From: a bacterium
GTDB taxonomy: Bacteria; AUK180
Length of the DNA: 64,000 nucleotides
Assembly (NCBI GenBank): GCA_023144005.1
Contig: JAGLGN010000020.1
Location: 10,941 to 74,940, forward strand
Direction of reading: 5' to 3'
Shown: positions 1 to 10,500 of the stretch, piece after piece
Layout: each line of letters opens with the position of its first letter
Position numbering within the stretch: the first letter of the stretch is position 1
Translations under genes and position numbers: made by a program
Notes under the pieces: generated by a model
What the model saw: the letters and a program-made list of their open reading frames with translations, nothing else
What the model was told of the DNA's origin: nothing
Databases searched by the model: none

Positions 1-26
1 CCCGCAAATTTCTCGTCGTATCTCAT
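1..26 (-). CDS. 5' end of a gene running off the window (MRYDEKFA...)
   Basis: ATG at 26 on the minus strand, preceded by purine-rich AAAGGGGG; only 8 codons visible. Confidence 0.5.
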
Positions 27-244
27 AAAGAGCCCCCTTTATGTTTAAGTATAAAACTTTTAAGTGAATAAATCAAACTTCACTATATTTATATTTTCTA
101 CCATAAACGACTTTAATGCTGGAGAAGTACTATAACTTCGCCAACATTGGGGGTGATCGACCCTCACTCTATTTGAATGCTTCCATGACATTCAAAGAGC
201 ACTGGCTTTGTTGCATATACATTTCTTCCAATAAGGAAGGTATA

Positions 245-418
245 TCAGTGATCATCCCTGAGTGCGCCGAAAAAGAACGGTTTCTTATCTCTATCCGGGG
301 TCGAGCTGCTCTTGAAGAATTTACCGCCTTCAAGAGACCTCTTTCTCAGATAGCAGGCCAAAGTAAATAAAAAGAAATGGAAAAAGGTCAATACCAAAAG
401 GATACTGATCTCGTACAC
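245..418 (-). CDS. possible 57 aa single-pass membrane protein (MYEISILLVLTFFHFFLFTLACYLRKRS...)
   Basis: GTG start 2 nt after the stop of the PHP phosphatase; hydrophobic N-terminus followed by basic residues; below the ORF-track cutoff, translated by hand. Confidence 0.3.
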   Translation of the reverse strand: MYEISILLVLTFFHFFLFTLACYLRKRSLEGGKFFKSSSTPDRDKKPFFFGALRDDH

Positions 419-420
419 AG

Positions 421-1215
421 CTATTTCCCTATACCGAAAAAATTCAATACACGCTTCATGCGGGATTTCCTGACATTTTTATATGGAAAAGGATAGATGA
501 TCTCACCCGCAAGCATCCTTTTTGGGTATGTTTCAAGGATGATATCTTTCAATTCGGGATTTACACAATCCTCAAATACCTCAAGCGCATCTTTGATATA
601 ATTGCCTCTCTTCCCGTCACAGTGACAATCCGTCCCGATGAAATGTATCATATCCGATTGCAGCAGATGCTTTGCCGTATGCTGTATCCTTCCGCCGAAT
701 TGCCCGGCAAGACTGCCGAGGTTCATCTGCGTAAGGACATCCAGATCAATATAAGTTTTCAATATTTCGGGATTCTCACATATCTTGGTATTCCTCTCCG
801 GATGAGCCCAGATAAGCATGTATCCATTGTGCTGAAGGACCTTTATCATTTCCTCGAGATTAGGCAGAATAAATGAAAAATCCGTTTCAAATAATATGTA
901 TCTGCCATTATTGTTCATGGTCAGAACCTTCTTCTGCAGTATCAGGTCTAGCGTTTCCTCTGAAAGGTAAACCTCGGTTCCCGGGAAAAATTCCATCGAA
1001 TCCTGAAAGTATTTCTTCATATAAGAAGCGATCTCTTTGGTCAATTTAAGTGTTTTTTCAGGTGATGTTTCAAAAAAACCAGGATAAAAATGCGGCGTAA
1101 GGACCACGCCTTTGAAACCCAATTGCTTAAAAGTTTTCAGGTATTTAAAGCTCTCGCCCAGACTCTTAGACCCATCATCAATACCGGGAATAATGTGGGA
1201 ATGAATGTCTATCAT
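421..1215 (-). CDS. CpsB/CapC/YwqE-type PHP-family protein-tyrosine phosphatase
   Basis: MIDIHSHIIPGIDDG start, LTPHF, AHPERN and GTDCH metal-binding motifs. Confidence 0.9.
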   Translation of the reverse strand: MIDIHSHIIPGIDDGSKSLGESFKYLKTFKQLGFKGVVLTPHFYPGFFETSPEKTLKLTKEIASYMKKYFQDSMEFFPGTEVYLSEETLDLILQKKVLTMNNNGRYILFETDFSFILPNLEEMIKVLQHNGYMLIWAHPERNTKICENPEILKTYIDLDVLTQMNLGSLAGQFGGRIQHTAKHLLQSDMIHFIGTDCHCDGKRGNYIKDALEVFEDCVNPELKDIILETYPKRMLAGEIIYPFPYKNVRKSRMKRVLNFFGIGK

Positions 1216-2273
1216 CTCTTCACATACTCTTTATTTGTCCTATTATACTTCTTATCCTTATAAAATTCAATTGTTTTCGGCCTTTCTTTCACAAGGTCGA
1301 TGGCATCGAAACGGCATACATCATAACATTTCAGACAGCCGATGCACTGCTCTTCCTTTATCACATGCTTTTCTTTGGGTTTACCCCCGATTATAGCATC
1401 TACCGGACATTTCCTGTAACAAAGGGTACAGCCGTTACATTTCTCCTCATTGATCACCGGGATCTTTCTCTCTTGTGACCTTTTATCCGTGATACTGTTC
1501 TTGGGACAGACCTGAGCGCATATTCCGCAATCGACACATTCCTCATAATGCATTATCGCCAGATTGTCTTCCATTGTGATCGCGCCGTCGATCGGGCATG
1601 CTCGGAAACACATCGAACAGGAGATACAGCCGACCTTACATTCCTTCATCACATCCTTGGCGGGCTCATGATTGACACAGCGGATCAGGACCTCTTTACC
1701 CAATGGCTGAAGTATCAATACATTCTGAGGACAGGCGACAATACATTTTCCACAGGCCGTACACTTCTGCTCATCCACCTCGGGAAGGCCGTTTTCCATG
1801 ATATGAATGGCATCGAACGGGCAGACATCTTCGCAGTCACCGTAACCGAAGCACCCGTAAGAACATGATTTATCGCCACCGCCGACAAGTTTAACCTCTG
1901 CGCACGACTTAACACCCGTATATTCTGACCTGCGTGGTGCGAGTTCGCGATCTCCCTGACATATAAGATACGCGATCCTGCGGGTCTTTTGTTTACCGGC
2001 TTTCTTGCCCATGACCTCGCTTAGAGCAGCAATAGCGTCCTTACCTCCGGGAGTACATTTATCGATTTCCTCTCCCTTGATAACTGCTTCCGCATAGGCG
2101 GCGCATCCGGGATATCCGCACGCTCCGCAATTGGCTCCCGGAAGGGACTCCTCTATCTTCGCGATGCGGGGGTCTTCCTTTACATAAAATACCTTGTTCG
2201 CGACACCGAGAGCAATTCCGAAGAGCACTCCCAGCGAAACAAGTACCACTATGGATATTAGTATAAGTGTCAT
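1212..2273 (-). CDS. rnfB: Rnf electron transport complex subunit B (polyferredoxin type)
   Basis: N-terminal TM helix, LPGANCGACGYPGC motif, several CxxCxxCxxxCP clusters; operon position. Confidence 0.95.
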   Translation of the reverse strand: MTLILISIVVLVSLGVLFGIALGVANKVFYVKEDPRIAKIEESLPGANCGACGYPGCAAYAEAVIKGEEIDKCTPGGKDAIAALSEVMGKKAGKQKTRRIAYLICQGDRELAPRRSEYTGVKSCAEVKLVGGGDKSCSYGCFGYGDCEDVCPFDAIHIMENGLPEVDEQKCTACGKCIVACPQNVLILQPLGKEVLIRCVNHEPAKDVMKECKVGCISCSMCFRACPIDGAITMEDNLAIMHYEECVDCGICAQVCPKNSITDKRSQERKIPVINEEKCNGCTLCYRKCPVDAIIGGKPKEKHVIKEEQCIGCLKCYDVCRFDAIDLVKERPKTIEFYKDKKYNRTNKEYVKR

Positions 2274-2276
2274 TTT

Positions 2277-2879
2277 CTACTCCGCGATCAGACCGGAAAA
2301 ACCGGTGAAGGACAGCGACATAAGCGCCGCGACTATCAGAGCGATGGCAATGCCCTTGAATACCTTAGGCACCTTCGCCGACTCAAGCCTTTCACGAATG
2401 CTCGCCATCATCAAGAGCGCTAATGTAAAACCGACTCCAGCGGAAATACCGAATACGATCGATTCTATCAGATTGTAATCGTTCTTGATATTCAGCAAAG
2501 TCACGCCGAGTATCGCGCAATTGGTCGTAATAAGCGGAAGATAGATACCCAATGCCTTATAAAGGTCCGGCATCGCTTTTTTCATAACTATCTCAACGAA
2601 TTGCACCAATGCGGCTATGGTAAGAATGAAAGCAATGGTCTGAAGAATATCTGTGAGATCATACTTCCCGGATGGCGGGGCAAGCAGAAAATGCTGAACT
2701 ATCCAGGTAATGAAGGAAGCAAGCGTCATAACAAATATTACGGCAATTCCCATTCCCAAAGCTGAATCCCACTTCTTTGAAACACCAAGATACGGACAAA
2801 TACCAAGGAATCTGGCCAGAACAAAGTTGTTCACAAAAATTGCGGATATGGCGATAACGAATAATCTTCCAAAATCCAT
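2277..2879 (-). CDS. rnfA: Rnf subunit A
   Basis: NNFVLARFLGICPYLG and YLPLITTNCAILG motifs. Confidence 0.95.
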   Translation of the reverse strand: MDFGRLFVIAISAIFVNNFVLARFLGICPYLGVSKKWDSALGMGIAVIFVMTLASFITWIVQHFLLAPPSGKYDLTDILQTIAFILTIAALVQFVEIVMKKAMPDLYKALGIYLPLITTNCAILGVTLLNIKNDYNLIESIVFGISAGVGFTLALLMMASIRERLESAKVPKVFKGIAIALIVAALMSLSFTGFSGLIAE

Positions 2880-3479
2880 TTATGCCTCCTTTTTCCTTGA
2901 TGAGATCCAATTGAAAAATGCCAGAAGAACTCCCATGGTAAAGAAGCCCCCAGGTGAAAGAATGAAGAACAACATGGGTTTATAGCTCTGCGGCAGAACA
3001 AGATATCCGAAGAAGGTGTTCGAGCCGAGAATTTCTCTGACACCGCCGATCAATGTGAGAGCAAGTGTAAATCCGATACCCATCGCTATGCCATCAACCG
3101 CAGCAAGGAAGGTGTTATTCTTGCTGGCAAAGGCCTCTGCGCGGCCCATAATGATACAGTTGACAACTATGAGCGGAATAAACAGGCCCAGACTCTTGTT
3201 GAGTTCGGGAAGAAATCCAGCCATAACAAATTGAACGATAGTAACAAATGTCGCTATTACAACGATGAACGCTGGTATGCGCACCTTCGCGGGAATGAAT
3301 CCCTTGATCATTGAAACGATGACATTCGACATGACAAGAACAAATGTTGTGGCAAGCCCCATACCGATGGCATTATTTGCCGAAGTAGTTACAGCAAGCG
3401 TGGGACAAAGTCCCAGCAGCAGACGGAAAACCGGGTTTTCCGATAATATTCCATTCTGTATTATCTTTAAGACCTTCAT
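2880..3479 (-). CDS. rnfE: Rnf subunit E
   Basis: ENPVFRLLLGLCPTLAVT and FIPLIVVNCIIMGRAEAFA motifs. Confidence 0.95.
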   Translation of the reverse strand: MKVLKIIQNGILSENPVFRLLLGLCPTLAVTTSANNAIGMGLATTFVLVMSNVIVSMIKGFIPAKVRIPAFIVVIATFVTIVQFVMAGFLPELNKSLGLFIPLIVVNCIIMGRAEAFASKNNTFLAAVDGIAMGIGFTLALTLIGGVREILGSNTFFGYLVLPQSYKPMLFFILSPGGFFTMGVLLAFFNWISSRKKEA

Positions 3480-4093
3480 TTGCTTCCCTCCCTTTCGAGA
3501 AGTTTCCCGATACCGGCCTTAATTGCGTCCACCGCGGCCTGAGAGGAGATCGTAGCGCCGGTCAGCGTTTCGATCTCTCCACTCCCCTCCTTGGGGGGTT
3601 CTTTTACTACTCTTAATTCACCATAGGATTTCCCGAAGAACTGCTCCTGGAAAAAGGGAATAGGTGAAACAGCTTCTCTCTTTTTGCCTGTTATAAAATC
3701 CCATATGTATTTATTGGTCTGGACAACTTCCATATTCGCGCCCAATCCCGGGGTTTCCGCCTGGTCGATGACCTTTATCTTAATGATCCGGCCGTCTTCG
3801 GTGCATCCCGCGATGATCTTAATAGTGCTGGAAAAACCGGGTGCCTCACAGAGAACGGCGTATCCGGAAAAAACACCTTTATCATCAGTGCCCTTCCAGT
3901 ATTTCAGGCCGTCTTCTTCAAATTTCTCGATCTCAGCGGGATCATCGAGAACGAAATTAATAGCGTCATTCTCCGCCGCTTTTTTCTGTGCTTCTATCTT
4001 ATCCTGTACCTTGGAATAAAGAAATGACAGCACAAAGGCGGAGATCAGTGTTACCAAAAGCAAAGTGATCACAAATTTCATGGTATCTTTCAT
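3476..4093 (-). CDS. rnfG: Rnf subunit G (FMN-binding)
   Basis: N-terminal TM helix, ETPGLG, flavinylation motif TLTGATISS. Confidence 0.93.
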   Translation of the reverse strand: MKDTMKFVITLLLVTLISAFVLSFLYSKVQDKIEAQKKAAENDAINFVLDDPAEIEKFEEDGLKYWKGTDDKGVFSGYAVLCEAPGFSSTIKIIAGCTEDGRIIKIKVIDQAETPGLGANMEVVQTNKYIWDFITGKKREAVSPIPFFQEQFFGKSYGELRVVKEPPKEGSGEIETLTGATISSQAAVDAIKAGIGKLLEREGSK

Positions 4094-5166
4094 TTGCTCA
4101 CCTCCTTCACATAACCAAAGGGTTTGGGTTTCGTAAATCTATCAATTATAGGAACGAACGCATTCATTATCAAAATGGAATAGCAGACGCCCTCGGGGTA
4201 TCCGCCGTATCTTCTTATCATTACCACAAGCACACCTGCAAGAAATGCGTATATCATCTTGCCATTGCTGTACATCGGGGATGTAACGAGGTCTGTCGCC
4301 ATAAAGAAAGCGCCGAGAAATACACCGCCGGCAAAAATACTAAAGAGGAAACTCCCATCCATCAGTCCTTTTCCGCCGAAAACCCAGCTTAAAAGACCTA
4401 TTGTGAGAATATACACAACGGGAATATGCCAAGTAATGATCTTCTTCCAAAGAAGGTAAAGGCCGCCTATAAGCAGAAGCAATGCGGATATTTCACCCAG
4501 GGAACCGCCGATATTTCCAAGAAAGAGATCCAGTATGCTTTCCTTTGAAGATAGCGCACCCGTCACGGCATCCAATTGAGCGCCGTCGATAACTCCCTGA
4601 GTATTGAGACTGAAGGCCTGACCCAAAGCACCCAGCGGGGTCGCGCTTGTGATCGTATCAACGGCTTCCGCTGGAATAGTAGAGGTCAGGGTACCCGCGG
4701 CTTCCGCGGAAATTGACGAAAGAGCGCCGACCGTGGGCTCTTTCCATGTAATGACGGCAACAGGCCATGAAGCCGCCAGAAAAGCCCGGCCTATAAGCGC
4801 GGGGTTGAATGGATTGTATCCCAGTCCCCCGAATACCGCTTTTCCGAAGCCGATAGCAAAAAACGCACCTACGATCAGGAAGATTATCGGCATTCCCGGA
4901 GGCAATGTCATTGACATCAAAAGTCCGGTCAAAAAAGCCGAACCGTCCCAGAGACGGATCTTCTGTTTAAACAATTTAGCAAAAAGCCATTCTGCGAGAA
5001 CAGCAGCGGTAATGGCGACGAGCATCGAAATGAACGCATCCATTCCAAATCTGAGGATCGCCCAGACAGCTGCAGGAAGAAGGGCAAGATTAACATTCCA
5101 CATGACCTTTTTGACAGAATCCCGGGAGAATACATGAGGAGAGGTCGACATATAGAACTTTTTCAT
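4090..5166 (-). CDS. rnfD: Rnf subunit D
   Basis: VFGGLGYNPFNPALIGR, TSATPL FMN site, FFMATDLVTSP, YPEGV. Confidence 0.95.
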   Translation of the reverse strand: MKKFYMSTSPHVFSRDSVKKVMWNVNLALLPAAVWAILRFGMDAFISMLVAITAAVLAEWLFAKLFKQKIRLWDGSAFLTGLLMSMTLPPGMPIIFLIVGAFFAIGFGKAVFGGLGYNPFNPALIGRAFLAASWPVAVITWKEPTVGALSSISAEAAGTLTSTIPAEAVDTITSATPLGALGQAFSLNTQGVIDGAQLDAVTGALSSKESILDLFLGNIGGSLGEISALLLLIGGLYLLWKKIITWHIPVVYILTIGLLSWVFGGKGLMDGSFLFSIFAGGVFLGAFFMATDLVTSPMYSNGKMIYAFLAGVLVVMIRRYGGYPEGVCYSILIMNAFVPIIDRFTKPKPFGYVKEVSK

Positions 5167-6482
5167 TTGGCCGCCTCCTTTCTTCTCTGCTCAGTGATCT
5201 TTGCTTTTTCCGCCTTTATGAATTGTATCATCGGGCGTTTGGAAGGGCATGTATAAACGCAGGAGCCGCATTCTATGCAGTCCATCACATTCCATTGCTC
5301 TGCCTCTGTGTACAGTTTCTGCTCGCCCAATTCAATGTATTTGTATGGCGAGAGGTACATGGGACATACATCGATACATTTACCGCATCTTATACATACA
5401 TCGTAATCTTCCTTCATCACCTCATTTTCAGTTAGGACCAAGATCCCTGAAGTACCTTTATTTACTGCGATCTTCAGATTATCGACTGAGAATCCCATCA
5501 TCGGGCCTCCCATTATGACCTTCGCCGCGTCATCTGTCAATCCGCCTGCCTGTTCGATGGCGAATTCTAATGTGGCGCCGACCGGGAAAATAAAATTGCC
5601 GGGCTCTTTGACACCGTTTCCGGTTACGGTCACTACCCTTTCAAACAGGGGCTTCCCTTCCGAAAAGAGTTCATCCACAGCAGCGGCAGTACCGGAATTC
5701 TGAACAACGACTCCGACATCCATCGGGAGTCCGCCGGCGGGAACCACACGTTTCAAGATCGCGTATATAAGCTGTTTTTCAGCACCCTGGGGATATTTGG
5801 TCTGAAGTAAAGAAACTTCCATGTCATCCCTGTCTTTCAAGAGCTCCGAAAATATACCGTGAACATCTTTCTTATTGGCTTCAATACCAATATAGCCCTT
5901 CTTGGCGGAAACAGCTTTCATAAATATTTCAAGGCCCGCGACTACTTTTTCAGGGGTTTCCAGCATAAGCCGGTAATCACTTGTAAGATAGGGTTCGCAT
6001 TCCGCCCCGTTTATGATAATGGTATCTATCGGTTTATCCGCTGGCGGAGAAAGTTTCACATGGGTCGGGAAGGTGGCGCCGCCCATTCCCACGATACCGC
6101 CGGCAAGAATACCGGGTACGATCGTTTCAACTGCGGATGGTTTCACCGGGTCAAGATAGGCCTTTTCATTCTTTCCGTCATTCTCTATTACAACCGTCTG
6201 CACCTTTGTTCCGAATACGGTGGGATGATCTATTACCGCTTTCACAATGCCCGATACAGGAGAATGGATATTTGTGGAAACAAATCCGCCTTTTTCTCCG
6301 ATCAGCGATCCTGCTTTCACCTCATCTCCCTTGTTTACGACGCATTTTGCCGGTGCTCCTATGTGCTGACTCATAGGCACATATAGCTCCTTTGGTGCTT
6401 CAATGCGCCGGATCTTTTTTTCCTTTGCCAGGAATTTCATATCCGGGGGATGTATTCCCTTTTTAAAAGTTAAGAGTCCCAT
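5163..6482 (-). CDS. rnfC: Rnf subunit C
   Basis: QHIGAPA, GMGGATFPTHVK, NGAECEPYLTSD, YPQGAEKQL and two C-terminal 4Fe-4S motifs. Confidence 0.96.
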   Translation of the reverse strand: MGLLTFKKGIHPPDMKFLAKEKKIRRIEAPKELYVPMSQHIGAPAKCVVNKGDEVKAGSLIGEKGGFVSTNIHSPVSGIVKAVIDHPTVFGTKVQTVVIENDGKNEKAYLDPVKPSAVETIVPGILAGGIVGMGGATFPTHVKLSPPADKPIDTIIINGAECEPYLTSDYRLMLETPEKVVAGLEIFMKAVSAKKGYIGIEANKKDVHGIFSELLKDRDDMEVSLLQTKYPQGAEKQLIYAILKRVVPAGGLPMDVGVVVQNSGTAAAVDELFSEGKPLFERVVTVTGNGVKEPGNFIFPVGATLEFAIEQAGGLTDDAAKVIMGGPMMGFSVDNLKIAVNKGTSGILVLTENEVMKEDYDVCIRCGKCIDVCPMYLSPYKYIELGEQKLYTEAEQWNVMDCIECGSCVYTCPSKRPMIQFIKAEKAKITEQRRKEAAK

Positions 6483-6525
6483 AAACGCTCCTTTTCCCTA
6501 TTAATATTTGAAAAATTACCGAATA

Positions 6526-6554
6526 ATTATAACCTATTAATATGGGAAAATCAA
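6526..6554 (-). promoter_or_regulatory. sigma70-type promoter of the rnf operon
   Basis: TTGATT-17 nt-TATAAT on the minus strand; AAGGAG SD before the rnfC ATG. Confidence 0.7.
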
Positions 6555-6821
6555 CAGATCAACTGCCTCAAATTGGGGACGGTGATTGCAAGAGTCGCAC
6601 CTTCACCAGCACTCTCCTCATACTGCCCCTTCATTGACACATTTAACACCTTTTTAAGTTTAACATTGAGATATTGCTCCATGTAGCTAATACCACCTTG
6701 TACTACATTCAATACCATACATATTCAAGCCAATATAATATGAATTATATCATCCTAAATCCAAATAATTTTAGGCCGTGCAACTTTCGCAACCTCCGTC
6801 CCTTTTTTCTCCCTATTACCT

Positions 6822-7502
6822 TCATATTCTTATTGCTCCTCTTACACCAAATTTAGTTCCTTGCCAAAAAGGTTCTATCACAAGCCTCTTGTATGAGAAA
6901 TAAAATGACATTTCCACTAATTGTTCGCCATAATAAGGAATCATAGGCACCAAATATCCAGAAAGAGAAATTCCAAAACAATCAAATATCAAATAACTAA
7001 CCTTTATAGATGTGAATACTAAGGGAAATGTAAAGCCCAAATGTATTTTTATATTTTGAAAATCGAAATTGAGATTGATCAATTCTGCTTGAATGTATTT
7101 AAGATCCATACTTCCATCATCGAAATATTGACGAGAAGGGAAGTATCTCATTTTGTATCGTAATCCTAAAGAAATGATTCTATTGATATTCCAGGTAATC
7201 GATGGAGTGAATCCAAAAAAGTGATCTTCACCAGATTCTTGATAATTTTCATAAGAAAAATACTTGCCGTTCAATTCAAGTTTTAGATTGAGTTTCTGCT
7301 CTATATTATGTGATAGAGTAAGTGTTATATCGGTATATGACTTGAACTCGACATAGCCTCTTAACCCATTGTCTCTTAAATGTTCTTCGAAACCAACAAA
7401 ATCATATTCTGAATTATCTAAATATCCAAGATCTAATTGGATATCAATACAGGTTGAAGAAATTGCTAGTAGCAATAACAGAATAATTCCTACTTTCTTC
7501 AT
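6822..7502 (-). CDS. exported hypothetical protein, possibly an outer-membrane beta-barrel; AT-rich
   Basis: GGAGGAG SD before the ATG at 7502 (ORF track starts at 7526); signal peptide MKKVGIILLLLLAISST; alternating aromatic/hydrophobic strand patterns. Confidence 0.65.
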   Translation of the reverse strand: MKKVGIILLLLLAISSTCIDIQLDLGYLDNSEYDFVGFEEHLRDNGLRGYVEFKSYTDITLTLSHNIEQKLNLKLELNGKYFSYENYQESGEDHFFGFTPSITWNINRIISLGLRYKMRYFPSRQYFDDGSMDLKYIQAELINLNFDFQNIKIHLGFTFPLVFTSIKVSYLIFDCFGISLSGYLVPMIPYYGEQLVEMSFYFSYKRLVIEPFWQGTKFGVRGAIRI

Positions 7503-7529
7503 AGTTCTCCTCCGTCCCCTTTTCACTTT

Positions 7530-10500
7530 TCAGAGAGATAAATGCTTCAATGCGAGACGGTATCTATAGGCTGAATGAGCCTTGTTCAGCTTGGTATAAA
7601 TGCGTATAGCCGCCTTTCTGCTCTTGTCATCGGCAGCTATTTCCCAGATCAGCTTATAAACGCTTGCAAGGTCTTCCTGATCCGTAGTCTCGTCCAGAAA
7701 TTTTGTTGCTCTTTTTACAGCATCGGAGACCTTTCCCTGGGTGGCCTCCAGACGCAATCTCAGCATATTGATCTGGAATATCATTCCTGATTGAGAAAGC
7801 TCTTTCGCAATAGAGCCACCCTCATTAATATCTTTCAATACCTCGTCATACTTTTTCAGATGTATGAGGCTCTCCCCGCGATGGCAATAAAGCGTCGGCA
7901 GCACTCCCCTGGCTCCCGCAATAGTTGCCATTTCAACGGCCTTGTCACAATATGCCGCCGCCTTTGTAAACTCACCAGCCTCTTTGAAGAGATTAGCCAG
8001 ATTATCAAAGCTGATGATCTGCGCCATTTTATTGCCTATTTTCTTTGCGATGGATATTACCCTTAGAAAATGCTCTTTTGCGGCGGGAATGTCATCCGAC
8101 TCGATGCAGGCTATCCCGAGATTGCCGAGAGCATATGCGATCTGGCCCGGGTCTTTGAGCTTTTCCGCGATACGCAGTTTTTCCTTGAGATACCCCACTG
8201 CTTTCTCATAATTGCCCCTTTGGAGATTTATCACGCCAAGATTGCCTATGGATATGCTTTCACCGTTCAGATCACCCAATTCCTTGGCGACCGTATGATA
8301 TTTCTGAAATGACCGCTCCGCCTGATCCAATTGCCCAAGCTCCCAATAGGCATTGCCCAGATGACCGACCGCACTGCTGATCCTGGAACGGTCACCTATG
8401 CGCTTTGAGAACTTGAGTTGTTTTTTGAATTGCGTCATTGCACCTTGAATATCACCTTGATCTAAAAGGACCAGGCCAAGATTGCCGATCGCGGAAACAC
8501 TGCCTGACAGATCACCCGACCTCTCATCCAAATGGATCTTTCGGCTGAAATTCTTATGCGCTTTGTCCAGATCTCCCTTCTTATAGAACACCAGTCCCAG
8601 ATTTCCCAGAGCGGTTGAAATGACGGCCTTATTATTCAATTTCTTCGCAATATCATATTCCTTCTCATAGGAAATGATCGCTTGCGCGTATTTACCCTTC
8701 TTATAATGAATTATACCAAGATTGCCTTCTGCTACCGCCTCCGCTAAGGGATCCTTACCGGTTTTCGCGTTCTTTAAGACCTTTTCATAAAGCGTCTCCG
8801 CTCTATCATACTCCCCCTTTGCTCGCAGCAGAGAACCTAGGTCGCTTCTCGCTTTATCGATAATCAAGAGTACATCATGTTTTTCTGCCAGCAAAAGGTT
8901 ATCCTCAAAGATCTCTTGCGCTCTTTTCCAATGTCCAAGTGTCTGATTGATATCACCTATCTTGGAGCGGATACCCAATTCTTCCCCGCGGTCTGCGACA
9001 AGCGGCAGAAGGTCGGAATAATGACCGAGCGCATCCTCGTTCTTGTATTTTGAAAGCGCATCATCAGCGGCCAGCAGTAAATACTTACGCGCCTTATTAT
9101 CATCTTCTCCCCTTTGATAGTGAAAAGCAAGAACAGAGTAGTATTCAGGCAGACGGGCTTTGTACTTTCTCTCAATGGAATGAGCGGCGAGCAGATGAAG
9201 CTGCTTCAAGGTTTTTTTCAATTGCATTTGATAGGCGGCATCACGGAAAAGAATGGACCTGAAAATGTAATTCAATTCATTAAGTGGCACCCATATACCG
9301 TACTGTTCGCCTCGTTCAAGGGAATCATCGTCAAATTCACCCCTGAGCATCAGAGAGAGTATATCCACCGGGAATTCTCTTCCCAATACAGCGGCGGTAT
9401 GCACCATATGTCTTATCTCATGCTCCAGGCGGTCCATTCGGGAAATAAGGATTGAGCTTATCTTATCGGGGATCTCAAGGTTTTTCTGCTTCAGGTACCA
9501 TACACTGCCGCGTTTTTCGATCGCATCAGTTTCCTGAATAAAGAGCGCGGTTTGCTCAAAGTAAAATGTATTTCCGGAGCTTCTTTCCTTAATCGATTTA
9601 AAGAGACGGTCGTCAACCTTTCCGCCGAGGCGGTCTTCCACTATTTTTCGGGCTTGAGACGCAGGCAAGCTTTCAAGAGACATCCGCTCGACCTGAGTAT
9701 CTCCCAGGTCAAAATCCATTGCCTGACCCTTCTCATCATACCTGCATTCCGAAATAACTCCCAGGGAGTTCTTTTGAGATGCCCTGAAAAGTTCTTTAAA
9801 GAAGTTCACAGTATCGGAATCTACCCATTGCCCGTCATCTAACTCTATAATGAGCGGCCTCATCCAGCTTATCGCCCTGAAGAGGCATTTCAAACCCGTA
9901 ATTGTGTTTTCACGGCGCGCTTTCGCGTCAATCTTCTCATAAAGCGTGCCTTTTGTGCTGATACCCAATAATGCGGCGACGAAGCTCTTTGTCCTTATCA
10001 GCTCTCTTCTCAATTCACCATCTTTTATTGAATCCGCGATCTGATGGAAGCGGTTTGAAAAATTACGGCCGGACGCGGCGGATGAGAGCGAACTCCTCAA
10101 GGAAAAATAATCCTTCAACCCGGATATGATCGGATTGTACCCATCTCTTATCATCTCATCGCACGGCATCTTGATCCACTGAATACCCTCTCCGTTCAAT
10201 TGCCTGAATCGATGGACTAAACGGCTCTTTCCTAAGCCGCCGGCGCCGTCCACATATAAGAAGCCCGGATCACTTCCTTCAATGACCCGTTTAAGCCATT
10301 GCTCCAATTGTTGAAGATGTGTCTCCCGGCCAAAGAAATTTCCCAGGAACGATCTGTCGGATGAAACCTTTTTCTCGAGTATCCGGCGAACCGTAACAGG
10401 CTCTGAAAACCCCTTGAATACGGTTTTACCCAGATCATCGGTAGAAAATTCTCCCTCGGATCTGCTATAGGCGTTTTCTCCGATCAGTATTTCACCGGCC

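Noticed and set aside
116..370. 84 aa plus-strand ORF, and in-frame TGA codons on the opposite strand as possible recoding
   Set aside because: No SD, motif or SECIS-like hairpin is evident; all confident genes use TGA as a normal stop
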